Shown here piece by piece: positions 54,807-64,000 of a stretch of DNA of 64,000 bases. The stretch comes from Flaccisagitta enflata. Its lineage: Eukaryota. The DNA lies in assembly GCA_965153355.1 (NCBI GenBank), contig OZ231126.1, positions 22,134,001-22,198,000 on the forward strand, read 5' to 3'. The notes beneath the pieces were generated by a model, which was not told where the DNA came from, ran no database searches, and was given only the letters and a program-made list of their open reading frames with translations. The number at the start of each line of letters is the position of its first letter. Position 1 is the stretch's first letter. The position numbers and the translations under genes are program-made.

Positions 54807-54947
54807 CAGTGCCTGGCGGGACTTGGGTCCCGAGGCCCCGACATGCCGGGACATCACCTTGTCCCGAATTCCCGGGACCTGATGCTTATCCCGGCCTTCT
54901 GCCTCTTCCTCCTCCTCCTCCTCCTCCTTCTTCTTCTTCTTCTTCTT

Positions 54948-54978
<31 letters not shown>

Positions 54979-55519
54979 TATATCCATTTTCGACAATGGT
55001 GAAAATAATCTTTTTTTTCATATCTTTTCGTACATTCATGGGAGATATTCTGTGATCATTTTAGAATTTAAAAAAGAATATTATAACTTTTATAAGTAAA
55101 TTGTATAGACGTAACTTAAAGAATATGATAAGTTTTGTAAGTAAATTGTAAAGACTTTTTTCTAATTCTTTTTTGAAGTTTTTCATTTTTACTTTTTATG
55201 TTTCATTTTTAACTTTGCTTTTTTTTACCCATTTTTTTTCTTTTATATTTTTACTGAATATTATACTGTTATTTTAGTTTTTCTAGTTGTTTTTTTAAAT
55301 TTGTTTTATATTTCATATTTTATGACATTGTCATCATGGCATCTTCTATTTTCTTTCTATTTTTTCACTACTTTTGCATGTATACTTCAATAATAAATAC
55401 AGATAGATTTTTTGTTTTGAAATGATTTAACAACACATTTTAAAATGATTGATTATTCTCCCATATGATTAACTCATTACGGAAGAATCGCTGAAATGAA
55501 TTAGTCTTTTCCCTCACTT

Positions 55520-55555
<36 letters not shown>

Positions 55556-55977
55556 TTCTCTTTCTCCAACAAAGAAAAAAGTCAAAGACAGTGAATGGCA
55601 AGGAATAATCAAGTGTCGCGATTGGGGATTATCTTCACTTCCGGTCATCGACAACCAAACATCGTAACATCGAGTCTCAAACTAAATCAAAACTAAAAAC
55701 AAATGAGGAACTGAAATTGCAGCATATTCTGCTTTTTTTTTTATTTCAAGTGGTTTGTTTCTTTTTTCTCTTTTGTTTTCATTTTTAATGATTTTCAACA
55801 GTACTTCAAAAAGAAGTATATTCTTGTCTCAGATTTTTTGTATCATTACCTAATACCGAGACCCTATACCGAGCCCCAGTACTGCCCCTGCCCGTACCGA
55901 GCTCCCGACCTCCGGTATCCAGCCCTGCCGTGCCGAGGGACCGGCCGACCCTGCCCATGGGGTCCCGCAATGCATTG
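54807..55977. mobile_element. hAT-type non-autonomous element with 8-bp TSD
   Basis: ACATGGAC|CAGTGCCTGGCGGGAC ... GTCCCGCAATGCATTG|ACATGGAC, with GC-rich subtermini. Confidence 0.85.
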
Positions 55978-57579
55978 ACATGGACACAGCCATGGACACA
56001 GTTAACGTGCGACAGAGGGCCTTACGACAAGGTAAACATCAGTGTGACAAACACAATGAACAAAGTATAGACAGACTGAAGGGATAACAGGACAAACTGA
56101 CTGACTGACACATGTACAGACAGTGAAAAAGTTTTCCAGTTTGAGAAAAACGGATAAACAAGCCACTAAAATGGCAACATATTCAAAATCTAAAAAAATA
56201 AATATGGCAATGATTGTCAACGCTTGTAAAGGACATGTTTAAATGTAATATAACCGACGATAATGATCGGAGATAATGAGTTAAAATGCGGAGATGTCGC
56301 CCACCTTTACAAGTTAATGAGCTATTAGAGCATGAAATAAAATATAGATATAAAACTATCATAAAACGGAGTTCGATGACCAATTGATAGTCCACCTTTT
56401 TTACGAGTTTGCTCCGGCTTAAAGGGGAGGTCTTTTAGAAACATCGACACACAATCTTCTAAATCTGAAGATGAAGTAATGATTGATCCAATACTTCCAA
56501 GTACGTTGATATTATATCTAACACAATACATACCGATAAACTGTTGTAAGTTCTAGGCAAAAACGCAAAAGAGTAGTTAAAAGTCGTACCCAATTATGCG
56601 ACTCAAATCATATCAATCGGCCATCCGGTGAATTCTCAAGGGTCAGGAACACAATGATATCTAAATCAGGCTCTTCATTAGCTTTAGTGTATTCCAGATG
56701 ATCTTCTTTACGATCAACATGTTTCTGTATAATTCTAGCCTGAACAAGAACCTTTTGATTCTATAAAAACCTTTTCTAAATAGCTTTATTTGACTGGTAG
56801 TTTGATTATGTAAAGACAAAAACTGTTGAATGTTCAGGGTGATTTTCGATATCCACTTTGTAAAATCAGGAGTTTTAGGCCCCTCATGGGCTGCTGCCCC
56901 TCTCACTACGTCACACACACACGGCAACGGGTATTATTGACTGTCTGACAAGTTATGGATAAAAAGATGAAATTGAATATGGGAGAATTTTTAAGATTAA
57001 ATACATCTATTTGACCCAGACTCCGACATGAAACAAAATTCAAACGACGAAATCAGTAAGGGTAACTTGATGGGAGGAGTATTTGGCTATGTCTGTTTCC
57101 TGAGCAAGCTCAAGTCCCTTCCTGAAAACTAATGCAATTTTGACTTAAATCATGATTGGTTGTATCCATGAGTAAACCCTAAGGTCGTCAGTCCCTCCTG
57201 GATCATTTTTCCTCTCGATCTCCCCACACAACTTTGAAACTCAGTACACCGCTGTCAAGCTTCATGACTAAATGACCCGATCTAGAGCACCGTGCGATTA
57301 TTCAAAGCCGCAGTCTAAAGACGTTTATAGCTATTGAAGGAAGAGATGAGAAAAAGTAAATGATGGTCGCTCGTAAACAAAACGTAAAAAGTCGTTTTAG
57401 AATTATCGATATATGACCATAAAAAGCAGGACCAGAAAAGTAGAAAAAAAAAAAAGATAACGACGACGGTGATGACAAAGACGACAACGATGACAAAGAT
57501 AACGACGATGATGATGACAACGACAAATACGAAGATGGAAGAAGAAGATATGGGGGGAATAAAGGCCAACATACACAGA

Positions 57580-58012
57580 GGGAAACAAGCCCAAGAGGGC
57601 AACAGTCGCGTGCGTCTGGAAATGACAGACAAAATGTTAAAAATGTCAGGAAATGTTAAGAAATGTTAAAAAATGTTAGATAATGTTAAAAAGTGTTAAA
57701 GAATGTTAAAAAATGTTAAAAAATGTTAAAAAATGTTAAAAAATGTTAAAAAATGTTAAAAAATGTTAAAAAATGTTAAAAAATGTTAAAAAATGTTAAA
57801 AAGCCAAAAAACTCAGAAAGTGTTAAAAAATGTTAAAGATTGTTAAAAAAGGCTAAAAAATGTTAAAAAGTGTTAAAAAATGTTAAAAAACGTCAAAAAA
57901 CGTCGAAAATTTAAAAATGTGACGGACGGACCGACGGACCGACCAACGGACCGACCTACCGACCTACCGACCGACACGGCAAGGTGTAGAGTCGTGTGCA
58001 CGCGACTAAAAA
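57580..58012 (-). mobile_element. Family-A copy with internal (AAAAATGTTA)n array
   Basis: AAACAAGCCC...AGTCGCGTGCG, 10-bp array, (GACC)n, AGTCGTGTGCACGCGACTAAAAA. Confidence 0.8.
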
Positions 58013-58042
58013 TAGAAACATGGATCTTAAATCAATTCTTAA

Positions 58043-60755
58043 CAGTCTATGGACAAAACGACAATCGCAACTTTTGCTAATCACTGGTAGGATGCTGAGG
58101 TGTGATCTTTTTCAAAATGCAGGCTTATAACTGCTATGTAGAAAATTACTAAGGACTGAAGCAAACTTACAGAAGAACAATTACTACAGGGAGGCCATGT
58201 AAATTGTTAAAATGAACTTTTTAGAAATTAAAAGCATATATGTTGGCATTCAGTCGCAAAGCCAGCCAGCAAATGTCAACTACCCTCCGTAAGTGTCAAC
58301 TATCCCCCACCAGTGTCAAATCCCCCCCGCAGGTGTCGTCTACCCCCGGGCAAGTGTCACCTACCCCTCCAATTGTCCACTACCCCCTGCAAGTGTTGAC
58401 TACCCCCCGCAAGTGTCGACTACCCCTCGCAAGTGTCGACTACCTTTCGCAAGTGACAACTACCCCCTGCAAGTGTCTACTACCCGCTGCAAGTGTTAAC
58501 TACCCCCCACAAGTGTTGAATACCTCCCACAAGTGTTGTCTACCCCCCAAAAGTGTCGACTACCCCCCAAAAGTGTCAACTACTCCCCAATTGTTGACTA
58601 CCCCCCGCAAGTGTTGACTACCCCCCTTTAAGTGTCGACTACCTCCCGCAAGTATCAACTACCCCCGGTAAGTTTTGACTTCCCCTGTAAGTGTTGACTA
58701 CCCCCTGCAAGTGTCAACCACCCCCTGCAAGTGTCGAATACTCCCCCCAAGTGTTGAATACTCTCAAAAGTGTCAACTATCCCTAAAAGTGTTGACTACC
58801 ACCCCCACTACCCCCTGCATGAGTTGACTACCCCTGGCAAGTGTTGACTACCCCCGACAAATGTCGACTACCCTTGGCAAGTGTTGACTACCCCTCGCAA
58901 GTGTCAACTACCCCTTGCAAGTGTTGATTACCCCTTGACAGTGTAGACTACTCGAAGTGTCAATCCCCTCCAGTGCAAACTACCCCTCGCAAGTGTTGAC
59001 TACTCCCTCAGAGTGTCAATTACCCCCAGCAAGCGTCGACTACCCCTGGCAAGTGTTGACTACCCCTGGCAAGTATTTATCACCTCTGCAAGTGTTGACT
59101 ACCCCCCAAATGTCAACTACCCCCTGCAAGTGTCGACCACCCCTGCAAGTGTCAACTACCCCTTCAAGTGTCGACTTCCCCCTGCAAGTGTGGACTACCT
59201 TTGTGTATACTACCCCGCAAGTGTCAACTACCCCCAAAGTGTAGACTACCCCTGGCTAGTTTCAACTCCTCCAGTGCTGACTACCCCGCAAGTGTCGACT
59301 CCCCCTCAAAGTGTAGACTACCCTAGCTGTCAACCCCCTGAAGTGTAGACTACCCCTGGCAAGAATCAACTACCCCCTGCAAGTGTTGATTACCCTCTCA
59401 AATGTTGATGACTTCCCATAAGGCTTACTACCCCCGCAAATGTCAATCCCTGCAAATGTGACTACCCCCTACAAGCGTTAAATACCCCTTGAAAGTGTTG
59501 ACTACCCCCAAATGTATAAACTTCCCCTCGCAGGTGGTAGTTGACACTTTTGGGGGTAGACAACACTTGTGGGGGGAAGTCGACACTTGTGGGGTATTCG
59601 ACACTTGTAGGGGTAGTCAACACTTGTCAGGGTAGTAAACATTTGAGGGGTAGTCAACACTTGTAGGGGTAGTTGATTCTTGCGGGGTAGTCAACACTTG
59701 TGGGGGTAGTCAACATTGCCGGGGTTGTTGATACCTGTAGGGGGTATTCAACACTTGTGGGGGGTAGTTGACACTTGCGGGGGTAGTCAACATTTACGTG
59801 GTGTAGTGGACAACTGGGGGGTAGTCAATATTTGCAGAGGGTAGTCAATGCTTGGAGGGGGAGTTGACACTTGCTGGGGGTAGTCAACACTTGCAAGGGG
59901 TAGTCAATGCTTGGAGGGGGAGTTGACACTTGCTGGAGGTAGTCCACACTTCTGGGAGGTAGTTGACACTTGCGGGGGGTAGTTGACACTTGCAGGGGGT
60001 AGTCGGCCCTTGTGGGGGGTAGTCAACACCTGGGAGGGGAGTCCACACTTTTGGGGGGTAGACAACACTTGTGGGGGGTATTTGACACATATGGGGGGTA
60101 GTTGATGTTAGCAAGAGTAGTCAACACTAGTGGGGGTATTCAACATTTGAGGGGGTAGTTGACACTTGCAGGGGGTAGTCAACACGCTCCGGGGGTAGTC
60201 AACACTTTGAGGGGTAGTCAACACTTGCAGGGGGTAGTCTTCACTTAAAGGAGGTATTCAACACTTGCAGAGGGGTAGTTGACACTTGCGGGTGGTAGTT
60301 GACACTTGCATAAGGTAGTAGACACTTGCAGGGGGGTAGTCAACACTTGCAAAAGGTAGTCGACACTTTTAAGGGGTAGGCGACTTTTGCGGGGGGTAGT
60401 TAACACTTGCAGGGGGTAGTGGACAAATGGAGGGGTAGGTGACACTTGCCCGGGGGTACACGACACTTGGGGGCGGTATTCGACACTTGCGGGGGGTAGT
60501 TGACACATGCCGGGGGTAGTTGACATTTGCTGGCCGGCATTGCGACTGAATTCCAACATATGCTTTCAATTTTTGAAAAAGTTCATTTTAAATATTTACA
60601 TGGCCTCTCTGTAGTAATTGTTCTTCTGTAAGTTTGCTTCAGTCCTTAGTAATTTTCTACATGGCAGTTATAAGCCTGCATTTTGAAGAAGATCACACTT
60701 CAGCATCCTACCAGTGATTAGCAAAAGTTGCAATTGCCGTTTTGTCCATAGACTG
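58043..60755. mobile_element. 2.7-kb foldback element with TTAA TSD, ~215-bp unique inverted arms and mirror-image ~21-bp arrays
   Basis: TTAA|CAGTCTATGGACAAAACG ... CGTTTTGTCCATAGACTG|TTAA; (GCAAGTGTTGACTACCCCCT)n runs forward at ~58270-59530 and reverse at ~59535-60530. Confidence 0.92.
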
Positions 60756-60874
60756 TTAACAGAGACAGTTTCGAAATATTTACGAATTGAAAGATAACAG
60801 AAATAAATGAGCATAAATGAGCATAAATGAGCTCAAACGTGAAGGGATGTTTACCGACAGCGGAGAGTAAGAAG

Positions 60875-61027
60875 TGGGGATGTGAAAGGGGTCGATATTT
60901 ATGCCGCTTCCACAGCTTCCGTCTCCGCTTCCGTCTCCGCTTCCGCTTCCATTTTACAGTTCGAATACTATGGTAGTAGCTATCCCCTCCTCCAAATTGG
61001 AACCGGTCAATCGCTTCCACATCCCTA
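60875..61027. mobile_element. Small hAT-type MITE with 8-bp TSD
   Basis: GTAAGAAG|TGGGGATGTGAAAG ... CTTCCACATCCCTA|GTAAGAAG; interior (CTTCCG)n. Confidence 0.85.
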
Positions 61028-61834
61028 GTAAGAAGGGAAACTGCACTTAGAAAGGCGGATGAAATTTTACGTAGTTTCGACATGGAGTTAGATTTGCATT
61101 CTATAGGTTGTAATGATCATTGGTAAATCGGCCGTATAATGTTCTTTTTATAACTGCCCCTTCCCCCTATTAGCTTAAACATTGGAAATTATAACTTCAT
61201 GAGGAATCGTTTCTCCTTCCTTAAATTGAAGATCGTGTTGTGAGAAATTTGATGGAACATTTGCTAGTGCGGAGAAGAGAAAACATGATCTGATAACAAG
61301 TGACGTTGGGGTCACAATATCGTTGCGGACGGGTGGGCAGGGGCATGCAACGACCTTCCACACTCTCTTTCCCCCCCCCCCCGCACACACTCACAAGCAC
61401 AGAATAATTCAACTGCGGCATCCAAAATGCGCGTTTTCGCACTTTCCAACTCGATCGTTACGGACCAATGGAGCAACGGAACGGCGGACCGACGGACCAA
61501 CGGACCGACGGACAGACAAAGCCTCTTTTAAAGTTGCGTAGCCGCAACTAAAAACAGAGGGAAATAAAAGGAAACGAAAAACTTGAAAGAGCAATAAAAC
61601 AGGAGAAAAAAAAAAGACTGGAAGAAAGGAAGCACAAAAGCAAACCAGTGGCTGTCGCCAAAAGATGTGAATTGCAGGTGTTGAGTACACCATGTTCAGT
61701 AAAGATGCATTGGTTTTTCTAAATAATAAAGTATGAAAAGGAGTATCGCAAAAGTAAAAGAGAAAAAGGACATTTGATAAAAAAAAAGTGTGATATGGCA
61801 GAGATAAAGAATCTATTATGAAAAGCAGATAGTC

Positions 61835-62520
61835 AGACGGCATGATAAAAACCAAATGTGAAAGATATTGAAAAAAAAATAGCAAAGATAAAAAAACTGT
61901 TATGAAAGAGGGAAAGACGGCATGATAAAAACCAAATAAAAAAAATTATTGAAGGGAAAGACGGCATTGATAAAAAAGTCATTATGAAAGATGAAAGATA
62001 AAAAAGTTGATATAAAGATTGGAAAGACAATGAAAATAAAAAACAACAACATGATGAACCGAGTGGGGCTATAGTGAATTGCTTAATGCAATTCACAATG
62101 ATGTAAGGGAAAGACGGCATGGTAAAAACCCAGTGATAAAAAGTATTGAGGGGAAAGACGGCAAAGATGAAAATGTAAGCAAGGATAGGAAATGACGACA
62201 TTAAAAACCCATACAAGGGAAAGACAGCAGTGATGAAATCCTGAAAAAGAACTTAAAAAAAGATATTAGATATAATGTAAGGAAAAGACGGCATGATAAA
62301 AACTCAGTGATGAAACAATTGAGGGGAAAGACGGCAAAGATAAAAAGATAAGGGGAAAGACGGCAAAGATAAAAAGATAAGGGGAAAGACGGCAAAGATA
62401 AAAAGATAAGGGGAAAGACGGCAAAGATAAAAAAGCTATGATGAAAAGCGGAAGGATGAAAAAAAACTACTTGATAAGCCGTGTGGGGCTACAGTGAATT
62501 GCTTAACGCAATTCACAATA
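61835..62520. repeat. GGAAAGACGGCA-based tandem repeats (clean 29-bp units at 62325-62435) with a duplicated hairpin
   Basis: GTGAATTGCTTAA(T/C)GCAATTCAC hairpin at ~62074 and ~62494. Confidence 0.7.
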
Positions 62521-62912
62521 AAGAAAAGTAAATCACAAATAGAAAGCATATTCGAAGGAAAGCTCGAAGATTAAAGAAGACATTCATGGATAAATTGCGT
62601 GTTCCAGAAAAAAGGAGGAAAGAACGGGAGGAAAAACGGAAGGCAAAGAAATCGGAGGAAATATGAGGAAATGAATAGACCAAGAAGAAAATGAGAACAA
62701 ATGGGGAAAGATAATGAAAGAAAAAAAAAAAGGATGAGAAAAACCCTGAAATTGGCAGGTGAGACGGCTTGATAACTAGTAAGACTAAGTCTCTAAGGTA
62801 TGGTTTTTATATCAAATGATAAATGAATGCTTGAAATTGATTGTCGAAAGTTCAAAGAATAATGTCATTTGCAGTTGGTAATTCTTGATTTCCTCCACAG
62901 GTTCCAAGTATC

Positions 62913-63595
<683 letters not shown>

Positions 63596-64000
63596 GAGAG
63601 GGAGATATTAGGAACAAAACGAGAAATAGACAAACAAACTTTTTAAAAACCAGTAAATGATATCTTGCTTACTAAGCGGTAAAGGGACATTTTACTCACA
63701 TTTATTAGTTAATATGATAGACAAACACACAAGCAGGTAGGTCAGGAATAGTCAAGTAAAGACAACAAAAATATTGTACAAAAGAGAGAGACACAGTAAC
63801 TTAGGTAAAATCTCTTTTGTTGCAGGCATAGCGTTTTTTACCTTATGCTGTATGACGGAGAAGTGATGATAAAAGGGGCGGAAACAGAGTGTGAGAAGTG
63901 GAGGGAGATGGTGATGGTTATGCAATCAATGCAAATGATGATGTTGTTCGACGATGGAGAGAAAATCAAGACAGCAGAAGTACAGATGAACCCTGCAACA

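Noticed and set aside
54262..54882. 206-aa (DLRPERP)n ORF
   Set aside because: It is the 21-bp array of a family-B element; related copies have a 20-bp period that does not keep a frame.
56325..56870. Protein-like fragments; similar ones at 39570-40200 and 50600-50900
   Set aside because: Broken by stops and frameshifts with no motif I can assign; probably decayed TE or viral sequence.
58270..60530. Regular ~21-bp repeats as a CRISPR array, or GTCAACTACCCC as an IscB/omega-RNA-like end
   Set aside because: No unique spacers and no cas or IscB ORF; the context is eukaryotic and the repeats are the interior of a foldback element.

Overview
Repeat-rich invertebrate animal genomic DNA, not prokaryotic. 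The main gene is a complete three-exon, minus-strand posterior-class (Abd-B/PG9-14-like) Hox gene. Its coding exons are 53063-52423, 49807-49590 and 43065-42797; splice phases match (2/2 and 1/1) and give 375 aa, with an Ala-rich N-terminus and a strongly divergent homeodomain. From memory only, the homeodomain resembles chaetognath PostB; I could not verify this by search. About 40 kb downstream, on the plus strand, is a ~12-finger C2H2 zinc-finger gene split in mid-finger by a 776-bp TA-flanked Tc1/mariner-type element. The rest is microsatellites and non-autonomous DNA transposons. These include a dominant DINE-1/Helentron-like (HINE) family whose copies carry different internal tandem arrays, a second family carrying 20-21-bp arrays, several hAT MITEs with perfect 8-bp TSDs, palindromic Tc1-like and CAC-ended MITEs, a 2.7-kb TTAA-flanked foldback element, and relics of a hAT transposase, a probable Academ Cys8 domain and a LINE RT. 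Nearly all other ORFs in the track are microsatellite artefacts. I see no demonstrably new biological system; the best leads are the divergent Hox gene and several TE-gene interactions.
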